DNA of 64,000 nt. Source: Octopus bimaculoides. Taxonomy: Eukaryota. The notes below the pieces were generated by a model. That model worked only from the letters and a program-made list of their open reading frames with translations, did no database searches and was not told the DNA's origin. The stretch is from the NCBI RefSeq assembly GCF_001194135.2, contig NC_069003.1, positions 19,670,188-19,734,187 of the forward strand. The letters are read 5' to 3'. Both the position numbers and the translations under genes were made by a program. Below, one piece after another: positions 40,434 through 52,370 of this stretch (the stretch's first letter is position 1; the number at the start of each line of letters is the position of its first letter).

Positions 40434-41047
40434 CGTAATTCGGTTGTAAAACCATTTTTTTGTTTTTTTTTTTGAAGGGGTGGATACTTTTCAGGGTGGG
40501 GGAAGAGGAATGGAAGGTGGTGTTTTTGTTTCTGTCTTATTTGTTTGTTTGTTTGTTTGTTTGTTTGTTTTGAAGCAGGTTGTTGTGGTTTGGAGATATT
40601 TTTGTGTTATTTCATTATTTCTTCCATATTTGCAGGAATATAAACACTTTCCAAACGGTTCCACGCTGATTAGATATTTGGTTAGGTAGGTAGTTAGTTC
40701 GTTAGATAGTTATTTACTTCTAAATTACAATACCTGAACAACAACACCATCACCAACAATAACAAACAACACCATCAACAATAACAATGATGAGAATAGT
40801 AGCAGCGGAAGAAATAGTAGTAGTAATAACAGCAACAACAACAGGGATAATGTTGACAACAATAACAACAATGATTTTATAGAAATTCCAATTAACCCTT
40901 TTTACTGACTGTGTTTTGGGAGATTGATTTTTTTTTTTTTGTTATAGTTGTTTGATTTCTTTTTGTTTGTTTTTAGTGATAGTGCTAGCAGTTGTTTTTG
41001 TTTTTGCCTCCCCTCTCTATTGTTCTCAGTCTGTCTTTCTTTCTTAC

Positions 41048-41200
41048 ATAGTCATACACTGAAGCTGAGAATTAAATAATGCGGCATGTTCCAAACATCC
41101 CAGCAGAACGGAATCACTTTTCTGCTCGCTAGAAACAAAATAGACGAACAGCGAGGACCAAAATATCGGGAAGTTTAGTCGAGGCAAATAGAGCGAGGAA
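41048..41200 (-). promoter_or_regulatory. CpG-enriched non-repetitive segment; putative internal promoter or 5'UTR exon
   Basis: About ten CpGs in ~150 bp against a CpG-poor background. Contains ttttgtttctag| (41128) ... |GTAAGA (41048). Lies ~600 bp upstream of the candidate first coding exon. Confidence 0.3.
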
Positions 41201-44200
41201 AATAAAAATAAAATATGATAATATATAAAGATGTCTTCTTTTTTTTTTTTCTGTTAAAGACTAACAAAAATAAATATCACACATGCATGCAATAAAAATA
41301 CCAGCTATATCAATTTGAGTCTCAAAAAATGATAATTGATATTATTAATAATAATGAAAGAAATAAAAAGAAAATGAATTTCTATGTTGGGTGGGGGTAA
41401 GACTGAGGAATTATGATGGAAAGATTTGATTTAGGAAATAACTTGTAATCTTTGTTGGTCTACAATTTCTTCTCCAGGCTAAAATATGCATGTCAACTTG
41501 ACTAGAACTGGCATCCATCATCAAACTCATATCTGTCAGTCACACTGGGCTCTGCAAGATGATGCCGTGGAAATGGTCCTCAATGAAGGTGGTGGTGGTG
41601 GAGGTGGTGGTGGTGGTGGCAGTGGCAGTGATGGCAGCAGTGATGGTGGAATGGAATGGAATGGAATTAGTAGAATGTGCATGTGTGTGCAAAAAAGGGA
41701 GCAAAGAAAAGAAGGTGATGAAGTGCATACCCTAAAAGCAAAATAAACACCGACCAAATGGAAACCTCATCGAATTATCAATTGCTCCACATATAACTAT
41801 GCATGGGAGAATGGGATGAATGGAAATAGAATCGTCTAATTAACCAGGTTGTGTTTATTGTTAATTTTCATTCCTTCCCTAACCTCTAATATATATTTAT
41901 TTATACATTTATTTATTTTTATCTAGTAAAGTTTAACATTGTTTCTTACACAAAAATTTTCAATTAAAAAGCAAAATTTTTTTTAAAGATTTAATTTATT
42001 TAAAAAATATTTTATACCTTTTTGTGTGTATATATCTTTTCTTAAATTAAACTACATTTCCTTTTGAAATTAAATCGGGTGTCATCAAGCTAAAATGAAT
42101 GTGTACGGGAGAGGGATATAAGTGGGTAGATGAGTATGTGTTTGTGTGTGTATATATCTTTTCTTAAATTAAACTACATTTCCTTTTGAAATTAAATCGG
42201 GTGTCATCAAGCTAANNNNNNNNNNNNNNNNNNNNNNNNNNNNNNNNNNNNNNNNNNNNNNNNNNNNNNNNNNNNNNNNNNNNNNNNNNNNNNNNNNNNN
42301 NNNNNNNNNNNNNNNNNNNNNNNNNNNNNNNNNNNNNNNNNNNNNNNNNNNNNNNNNNNNNNNNNNNNNNNNNNNNNNNNNNNNNNNNNNNNNNNNNNNN
42401 NNNNNNNNNNNNNNNNNNNNNNNNNNNNNNNNNNNNNNNNNNNNNNNNNNNNNNNNNNNNNNNNNNNNNNNNNNNNNNNNNNNNNNNNNNNNNNNNNNNN
42501 NNNNNNNNNNNNNNNNNNNNNNNNNNNNNNNNNNNNNNNNNNNNNNNNNNNNNNNNNNNNNNNNNNNNNNNNNNNNNNNNNNNNNNNNNNNNNNNNNNNN
42601 NNNNNNNNNNNNNNNNNNNNNNNNNNNNNNNNNNNNNNNNNNNNNNNNNNNNNNNNNNNNNNNNNNNNTTCTCTAACTCTCTGTATCTCCTTCTCAACCT
42701 CCATTTCTTTATTTGAAACTGTATTCCACATGTGACGATGAATGAGTAAAGAATCAACTTAGTAATTTTACCATTAACAAATAGTGAACACTTAGATCAA
42801 TAAAAGGGAGTGGAGAGAGAGAAATGTGGTGGAGGGGAAGTAACGTTTTAGCTGCTGATATAGGCGACAGTCGCAGCAGCAGCAGCAACCCTTTTTTGTC
42901 TTCTTCTTCTTCTTATTATTATTATTATTATTATTCAAACTGTACTGTGACGCTACCACAACAAGCTGTGCAAGAAAAGGCATGGCAGAGAAAAGAAAAG
43001 AAGGGAGAAGGAACAGGGAGAGAAAAGGAGAGAAAGGAGGAAAAGGAATCAAGAGGAAAAGAGAGAGTATAAGATAATGGAGAGGAAGAGCAATTTTTGT
43101 TTTTGTAGCTGGAAGATTGGAGATGGGGAGAATGGAACAGAGCATTGGAAAGTTTTGAACAAGCAATTGCTTCTGACTGTCTGTGTTTCTCTTTCTCTCT
43201 CCCTCTCTCGCCTCACCTTGTTATTGCGTTGATTGATAACACCAATGTAGTGTTACTGTTGTTTTTTGACACTCTTGTGGAAGATGATTCTACCAGGAAA
43301 CAATGGAGAGAGAGAGAGAGAGATGGAAATACTAGCAGAATGAGAAAGAGACAGAGAGGGGAGAGAGAAATTAGAAATGGTGATGGGGGAGAAAGAAATG
43401 AAAGAAAAGGTAAAAGATATTGAGAGGAATGAAGAAAAGTGTATTTGTGAGTGTGAGTACGAGAAATGCATGTGAGTGAGCACATGTGAGTGTGGATGTG
43501 TGTGTGTGTGTGTGAGCTTGTGTGCATGAGTGTAACAGTGAGTATATCTGTATGTGCATATGTGCATGCACACATGCATGTGTGAGCTTAGGTGCATGAG
43601 TGTATCAGTGAGTGTGTGTGTGTGCGTGCAGATTCATGTGTGTATGAGTGATTATGTATGTGTGTGTGTGAGTGTGCACATGCATGTGTGTCAAAGTGTG
43701 TGTGTGAGAGAGAGAATGAGAGAGAGGAAGAGAAAGCAAGAATGCTGACAAAAGGTAATGTAGATGATAAATAACCCCCATCTTACATCAAATAAGACCA
43801 TTTAACAAAAAAAAAAACAAAAGAAACAAGTGTAATGATGTAATAGGTAGAAGATTGATGATGAGAAGAATGAGAACCAAAACATCTCTTACAAGGAAAT
43901 ACCATCATTAGGATCGGCAACAGCATTTGTTTTAGTCTTTTCATCTGATGTGCTTCTCCAAAGACTCTTGGGCTGTGAATTATTTTTTTCCTTATGTCTA
44001 CAAAATTGCTTTTACTTGAGGAGAAGGGTATAAAGAAAATGAGGAGGAGAGAAGGAAGAAGAAGAAAAGGAGAAAAATATAGAAATGGATAAAGACAAAA
44101 AAGAACATCAAAAAGTTTTGAATGACTACAAGAGTCTTTTCTGACAGATTTGTCTTTATAAATTTTGCATGAGGTTAGAAATTTGAAAGAAAAAAATAAA

Positions 44201-45577
44201 GAAAAAAAAAAGCCTCCAGGACATAAAATAACAACAATAGCAAGATATGAACTCATTATTTCTAATAGTATAATTTACAAGTCTGAGCAAGTCCATAGGT
44301 TCTTGTGTTTCAATCAGGGACCCCATTTATAAATTTTTTTTTTAATCTCATTCTCTCTTTCTCACTCTGAAAAATTTGTAAATCCCAGTTTTAGAAAAAG
44401 GCCAACTGCATCCCTGCTTTATGTCATACAAAGTGGCTATAAGTTTTGGCAACAGGAAGGACATCTGGCTATAAAACACAGCCTCAGAAAAAACTGTCCA
44501 ATTGATGCTAGTGTGAAAAAATAAACGCAAAATGCTGTTGGTGGTAATGAAGATGACGATGAAAATGGTGATGGTGATGATAAAGAAGAATCTTGACTGA
44601 AACATTAGAATTTATGTCTCCATCCTACCTCCTCACCTCTTGTGCCTGAACTTCATTTACAACTTCCTTAACTGACTTTTTCACCCATTACCAACCACCA
44701 CCACCACCACCACTAATTTCATCTACCATCTTCATTATTACTGTGGTTGTTTAACCCTAGGTCAGACCTATGATGACATTTTTATTGAGCTAGTATATTT
44801 GTATATCAAAATCAATTTCTTTCAGGGAAATAAGAATTCCTAATTAACAGAAACTCCTAATTAAGGGCCAACCCCAACAGTACACATTTACTGTTGATGT
44901 TGCTATTTCTTGCCAGTCATCTTCACCAGTAGTAGTAGTAGTAGTTGTTGTTGAATCCCAGGCTTAGTCCTGACTGTTCCTGCCACTGAAAGCAATGAAA
45001 CTACGACCAATTTGTCTTTTTTTCCAATATACAATAAACACATGATCACAGTATTCAACTTGTCCTTCTTTTCAAAGATATAGACTGGGATTTCCAGCAG
45101 GTCAAGTGTCCATAATGAAGTTCTTTCATTGCTTAATACACTCGGTACATAACTGGCAATTTTCAGGAGAGGACAGTAGACACCATCAACCTCAGTACTT
45201 CACAAGTATTTTATTTTACTGACCTTGAAAGACAAAGTTGACCCTGGTGAGATTTGAACTCAAAATGTAAAGAGCTTGAACACACATAGCAAGGTGATTA
45301 TTCTGATGCTCAGCTCACCACTTTCACACCTGGATAATAGTAACTTACCACTAACAACAGCAATTATGTAATGTTACACTGGCACAACAGAATGAATCTT
45401 ACTCTATTATCCTATTCAGAGAGTCCCTTTAATAAATAACTGACTCAGAAAGATTAGGTCATTAACAGTAAAACTTAAAGATGCTCATTTTTTTTAAACT
45501 GAGATTGGCAAAGGGTGACTTCAGTCTAAATACTTGTAACAGAATGACTGACAGATTAAAACTACCTTTCTGAAAGC

Positions 45578-46035
45578 CTTAGGATTTAAAATTAAAAGAG
45601 ATTATGTGTAGGGATCTGCTAAAGACACTAAAACGTCAGTTGGTGAGGTTAAACTGCATGATTACTGGATTGAGATCATCTTACAGCAAGTGAGAATTGA
45701 GAAAATTTAGGATTTAAAATTTAAACAGATAACATATTGGGATTTGCTAAAGCAGCCACGGGCAAAACTGCAACCCACGGGATTTTCTGAATGGTATGCC
45801 TAACAAAAAAATTACCTTTAATCTTTTTAGTAGTGCAGCCCACAACATGACAAGCCACGTCTCATGCAGCCTGCTTCTTGAAAAAGATTGTCCACGCCTG
45901 TGCTAAAGGCACCAGAAGGCAAGCTGATGGTGTGAAAGTGGATGATTACAGGATTAAGATCATCTTTCCAACAGCAAGTGAGAATTTGAAAAACTTAAGA
46001 TTTACAATTAAACCAGATTATATGTTGTATTAGAT
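45578..46035. repeat. Diverged ~128-bp tandem repeat (~3 units) interrupted by a MITE
   Basis: aggatttaaaatt at 45581 and 45709, aagatttacaatt at 45997. atgattac.ggatt.agatcatctt...acagcaagtgagaatt occurs twice. Confidence 0.8.
45753..45900. mobile_element. hAT-type MITE, 148 bp, with a perfect 8-bp TSD
   Basis: TGCTAAAG at 45745-45752 and 45901-45908. TIRs CAGCCACGGGCAA / TTGTCCACGCCTG resemble the hAT/Charlie CAGG..TGGGCAA type. Confidence 0.85.
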
Positions 46036-46757
46036 ATATTTCAGAGACTTTGCCTTCAGCTGTGAAGTATAACAGATTAAACTTATTGACAACTAGAAGG
46101 AACCAGATAGATTTTATGTAAAATCCAATACACATAATGCTGCCAATGGCACAGAATCCGGAAAGGTTTAAAGAAAATTCCTAAAATGAAATGATAACTT
46201 TTAGATGGAGTCAGAAATGAAATGATAATAGCGTTATCAGATTTCGGCTAAAAACTCAAAATGAGAGCCAAGAACATTCAAAAGGAAAAAAAAAAGAAAC
46301 AAGAAAGTAAAAAAGAAAAATGTAACTCTAGATTCAGTTCACCATTAAAAGTTGACTAACAACATGCATTGCCGGGTAGAAAGCAAATTACATACTCTGA
46401 TATGAAAAGTGCAAGGATTCCAATTTAGGCAGTTAGAAAGAACTAAAAAAAACAAACAAAAACAAAAAACAAATTTACTTTTAGCTGTTGTTGACACTTT
46501 AGCCTGTAGAGATGATAGTATCTAGCTATTGATTTGTCCCTGTAGTGTAGATGAAATAGAGAGATGATGGATGATGTTGATGGTGGTGGTGATGGTGCAG
46601 AGAAATAACTAGGCCAATCCTGCGTTAGCCTTATCGTTTCAAGAATCTAAAGAACTACAATATTACTTTGTCAGCCAATCAATGAAAAGAGAGAATTTTC
46701 TGATCAGAAGACATTCTAAGAATTTCTGGAGGTATTATTATTTGGTTTAAAAACATT

Positions 46758-46822
<65 letters not shown>

Positions 46823-47914
46823 GCAGAGACAGACAAACAGACAGATAGATAGAGGGAGAGAATAAATATCTGATCAAAGACATATCTGTTTATATTTAAA
46901 ATATTCATGGGATAACTTCAGATTTATTGTGATTTGTTTATTCATTTATCATTTTATTTTTAATGTCCTACCAATAAATAATAGGGGGTGGAAATAATTA
47001 AATTATAGTTTTATTATAATTATTGTTTTGTAGGTAGATTTATAAAAAATACTTTAAAAGCATTAAAAAAATTTGTCTCAAAAAGGAAAAAACATGAATA
47101 TTTTGTTTTAAAAGAAACTGAAACTTTTTTTTTTTTTTATAAAATTGATATTTTCAAATATATTTTGATGGAAAAAATATCAGTAAATATGTGTATTTAT
47201 CTATATTTATCAGTATGTATTTATAACATGATCAACATGAATTAACTACTTAAAGTAGGTTTTGTTTTTTTCTTTTCTATTTTTTTTTCTGTGTGTAATC
47301 TGCAGAAGACATCAATGGATGATAATATGTTATAGAAACAACACAGGAGATTATCAGAGGATGATCCATACATTTGTCAAACAACATTAAGGGCCCAACT
47401 CCACACTGTAGGAAAAGTATAAACATACCAAGAAATGCAGCAATCAGAACTGAAAATTACAAACAGGTTGCGATTAAGGGCATTTTTGCTTTTTGATTTT
47501 TAAGCTCCCTACACAATTGAATTTACAATTTCATTATTTTTCTTTTTATAAATTGATCATGTGGTTGAAAAGTTTGCTTCAAAACCATATGGATTTGAGC
47601 TCACTCCTGGTGAGCAGCACCAAGGGCAAGTGTCTTCTGTCACAGTCCTGGGCCAACTAACAACATATTGTGAGAGGACATGGTAAGCAGAAACTGAGCA
47701 GATGTGTGTGCTGATTGTAAACAAATGTTACTGTCATATATGCAGTGTCATTTATATGCAGTCTTTAGTGTGTTCAAAGGACCAAGAGAAATATTACCTT
47801 ACTTGGAAACAAGTATTGGTGACATAAAAAGCATCCAACAATAGAAAATCTGTTTCAAGAAATTTCATCTGACTTGAACAAGCACGGAAAAGTAAGCATT
47901 AAAATGATGATGAG

Positions 47915-47953
<39 letters not shown>

Positions 47954-47954
47954 A

Positions 47955-48260
47955 ACAGGCATGGCCATGTGGTAAGAAGTTTGCTTCCCAACCACATGAT
48001 TTTGGGCTCAGTCCCACTGCATGGCACCTTGGGCAAGTGTCTCCTGCTATAGCCTCAGGCTGACCAAAGCATTGTGAGCAAGTTTGGTAGATAGACACTG
48101 AAAGAAGCCTGTTGTATATGTGTGTGTGTGCCTTTGGGTCTATGTTTGTCCCCCACCACCACTTGACAACTGGTGTTGATGTGTTTACGTCCTCATAACT
48201 TAACAGTTCAGCAAAAGGGACTGATAGAATAAGTACCAGGCTTAAAAAGACTAAAATTCT
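47955..48260 (+). mobile_element. SINE family B
   Basis: gcatggccatgtggtaagaagtttgcttcccaaccacatg...ggctcagtcccactg. Other plus copies at ~55680-55840, 56160-56520 and 58690-58840; a minus copy at ~60980-61170. Confidence 0.85.
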
Positions 48261-48622
48261 TCAAAAGATAAAAGATATATATATAACATCGTTTTAACAT
48301 CCACTTTTCTGTACTTGCATAGGTCAGATGGAATTTTGTGAAATCAGATCTTTCGATAACCAGATGCCTTTCCTGATGCCAACCATCACCTATTTCCAAA
48401 TGAGATACTATTTTCCCATGACCAGACATGTTCTTAATGAAAAATTGTGAACAAAGGACCCTGCTTGCATATTCACTTCCAACTACCACATGATGTTAAG
48501 GCATGGAGACAGTAAAACACACACACACACACACATAACAAGCTACTTTCAGTTTCTGTCCACCAAATTTACTGACAAGCCTTTGACAAGCCTGGAGCTA
48601 TAGTAGAAGACACTTACCCAAG

Positions 48623-48663
<41 letters not shown>

Positions 48664-48690
48664 CTGCTTATTTTACTTTCATATTTCCAT

Positions 48691-49556
48691 CAGTTGTGGC
48701 GTGCAAGAGAGACGATTGCGCTGGTATGGACATGTGGTGAGAATGGAGGAGGATAGCTGCGTGAAAAAGTGCCACACCCTAACAGTTGAGGGAACCCGTG
48801 GAAGAGGTAGGCCCAGGAAGACCTGGGCTGAGGTGGTGAGGCAAGACCTTCGTACATTGGGCCTCACCGAGGCGATGACTATGGACCNNNNNNNNNNNNN
48901 NNNNNNNNNNNNNNNNNNNNNNNNNNNNNNNNNNNNNNNNNNNNNNNNNNNNNNNNNNNNNNNNNNNNNNNNNNNNNNNNNNNNNNNNNNNNNNNNNNNN
49001 NNNNNNNNNNNNNNNNNNNNNNNNNNNNNNNNNNNNNNNNNNNNNNNNNNNNNNNNNNNNNNNNNNNNNNNNNNNNNNNNNNNNNNNNNNNNNNNNNNNN
49101 NNNNNNNNNNNNNNNNNNNNNNNNNNNNNNNNNNNNNNNNNNNNNNNNNNNNNNNNNNNNNNNNNNNNNNNNNNNNNNNNNNNNNNNNNNNNNNNNNNNN
49201 NNNNNNNNNNNNNNNNNNNNNNNNNNNNNNNNNNNNNNNNNNTGGAAATGGGCTGTGCGTGAGAAGACCCGGCAAGCCAAGTAAGATCGTTGCCAGTGCC
49301 CCTGGACTGGCTTGTGCGGGTGGCACATAAAAGACACCATTTCGAGCGTGGCCGTTTTCGTGCGGGTGACACGTAAAAGCACCCACTACACTCTCTGAGT
49401 GGTTGGCGTTAGGAAGGGCATCCAGCTGTAGAAACTCTGCCAAATCAGACTGGAGCCTGGTGTTGCCATCCGGTTTCACCAGTCCTCAGTCAAATCGTCC
49501 AACCCATGCTAGCATGGAAAGCGGACGTTAAACGATGATGATGATGATGATGATGA
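48691..49556 (+). mobile_element. Young 5'-truncated RTE LINE (gap inside), complete 3'UTR and (GAT)n tail
   Basis: GVQERRLRWYGHVVRMEEDSCVKKCHTLTVEGTRGRGRPRKTWAEVVRQDLRTLGLTEAMTMD and WKWAVREKTRQAK*, uninterrupted. Many CpGs are intact. Confidence 0.92.
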
Positions 49557-49855
49557 TACTAGCTTGTTTTCAATGAAGATTTATTACTGTGATACTATTT
49601 AACATCTATTTCTGTTGCTAACTCTTACCTGTTTTTTTGGGCAAGGGATTTTTTTTATTCCACATGTTTTTAAATGTGCAGAGCTACAGGACAATGTTTT
49701 AATAGGGAAACATAAATATAACCTCACCATTTGACTCAAATAATTTCATGAAAAACAATGACACAGATTGTTTACATTTCATGTTACACACACACACACA
49801 CACACACACATACAAAAGGAAACTGTATGAAAACTCATGTGTGTGTGCATGTGCA

Positions 49856-49889
<34 letters not shown>

Positions 49890-49890
49890 T

Positions 49891-49947
<57 letters not shown>

Positions 49948-50953
49948 CCTTGTCTTTATGTGATGTTGCTTTTAACATGGCACCAGTACTGGTATCAATT
50001 CTGCTGTGACAGACAAGTGTTCTTGAGTACAGCAATGCACCAGGCGTCTCAGTCCTTTGTCATGCTTTCATAAGACTCAGATTTTCTTTGTTTACATCTC
50101 CTTTAACTCAGCAGAGTTTGACAAAATAGGAGCTAATAGAATAAATGCCAGACTTAAAAACATAAATACAAGAGTTGATGTGATTGACTGAAGCCTTGCA
50201 AGATGGCACTCCAGTTTGGCCACAATCCAATGATTGAAACAAGCAGAACATTAAGTTATTTTAAAATAGTTTGTAAATTTGGATAAACTTGTATGCCATG
50301 GAAAGAAGCAAAAGAAAAAGAAGACAGGATGGCCTTGGCTGGAAGGCCTTTAATCATACATCTGTTGAATTAAGAATGACATGGGGTTAAACAACAACAG
50401 CACCATCAACAACTTGCAGTCATATTAAACCTGGATCAAGAAATTTGAATGGCAATTGGCTTAAAGCCATATATTTTTTAATGCTGCATCATAAAAAAAG
50501 GGGGAAGACAACGCATCAACGATGACTAAACAGGGAACAGAGTTCTTGTCATTGATCACAATCATGAAAATTTCCTCTGAGGCAGGAAATTGCGTTTTAA
50601 ATTTTCTCTTAAACCCAGTGAGATTAAAAGAAATTTTTCTTTACTCACTCCACCCATAACACGATCTCTCTCTCTCTCTCTTCGTTCCTGCTGCAGTGAC
50701 ATGCAGAAACTGCATCTACCCATCACCACTTTCTCTCTCCCTTTGTCTCCCTATCTAATCTTACCTTCCTATGTATCTACGTCTATAACCCAGTGAGGCA
50801 CAAGGACAGCTCTTTTCTTACATCAATACCTAGTAGCACCAGAGATAAAAGCATCCACCAATTACTCAGTTGGCTAGCAATAGCAGCCAAATCTCCCTCA
50901 AAACACATTCCAGTCTCAAAATAAAAAATAAAAAAGATAAATTGGATAATATA

Positions 50954-51006
<53 letters not shown>

Positions 51007-51570
51007 TACGCACATACCCAACCCTAAAACACATGGCATGGTTACGCCTTTCCAAGCCTTTGATCAGAGTTGAACTGGGACTAAACAAACAACAACATAA
51101 CGCCCTCCCTATCACTCTCTCTCATCCGAGTGAGCACACTTACTTCCATTCCAGTGAACTGCAGAGTTGTGCAGCCCTCCCTCTTTCACTCCATTTCCAA
51201 ATGCAGTGAGTGGTGCACAGTCAATTTCTCTCCCCTCCTACCACCTAAACCAACGATAATCAATGTCAATAAGACATTTAAAGGCATTGGATTGCTAGAA
51301 TTGGTAAAACAGCAGCTACAGAAAATATTAAAAAAAAAAAAAATGCGCCTTGCAGTGTTTAGTTATGGGCCCTTTACATTCTCAGTTCAACTGTGGGATC
51401 AATAAAATAATAAAATGTCAGTCACATACTGGGATCGACAAGTATTGGGGCCGATTTAATCTACGAGACCCTTGGCCTAGTGTCAATATGAGAAATTAAT
51501 ATGACAATCAAAGAGACAGTGGAACAGATATGGCTAAACAGGGGTTTCAAGTTCACTGAGTAATATATTG

Positions 51571-51613
<43 letters not shown>

Positions 51614-51694
51614 TACATGCATCATCATCATCGTGTGCATATATATGTTTACATTTATATTTACATATATATCACCATCATTGTACATATTAAT

Positions 51695-51724
<30 letters not shown>

Positions 51725-51725
<1 letters not shown>

Positions 51726-52370
51726 ATCATCATCATCATTTTTCCATGCTGGCATGTGTTGATGGTTTGACATTTAATGAACCAGGAGGCTGTGCCAAGC
51801 TCTAAAGTTTGCTTTGGTATGGTTTCTACAGCTGGATGGCCTTCCTAAAGCTAACTTCTTCACACAGGGTTTACTGGGTACTTGTTATAAGGCACCAGCA
51901 GTAGTAAGATCACAAGACCGTTGAACTGAGGTAGGAGGGTAGTAGCAAGGAAGGTGGTTTTATGTCAGGTAATGAGAGGTTAAAGTATGATAAAGTGATC
52001 AAAAGAGGTGTCTTGCTGTAGAGGAAATATATGGTTATCCCAGTTGGTAAAAGAGAGGTGATCAAGTTACAGGAAGATAATTATAAGAGAAGTGGTCCAG
52101 AGGATCAGATAGGGTGGACAGGTAGGTAAGTTCACAAGAGCGTAAACAAGTGGCAGCTGGATAGCGATGGAAACAGAGATGAATGCAGTGAATAGGGTAT
52201 GTGAGTAGAGGCATGGTCAACAGTGAATATCAGTTTGTTGTTTTGGGATATTTTTGGTGGGGTGGAGGCAAGGTAGATGCAACAGAAAACAGAATAGGCA
52301 ATGTGAAGTATAGGCAATGTATGAGAGATGCACAGTGCCAGGTATAAGGTCAGAGGTACATAGGGGTGGA
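51725..52370 (-). mobile_element. Non-autonomous element with the RTE-type tail
   Basis: catcatttttccatgctggcatgtgttg...ctacagctggatggccttcctaa. Body shared with 18710-19150. Confidence 0.6.

Noticed and set aside
41486-41757. Poly-Gly / poly-Pro ORFs
   Set aside because: They are translations of a (GGT)n microsatellite with no splice or homology support.
42021-42215. Exact ~75-bp direct repeat (tttgtgtgtatatatcttttc...catcaagctaa)
   Set aside because: The second copy ends at an assembly gap, so it is likely an overlap artefact.
43783-44256. 157-aa hydrophobic ORF
   Set aside because: The composition derives from reverse-complemented GA-rich low-complexity sequence, and no domain is recognisable.
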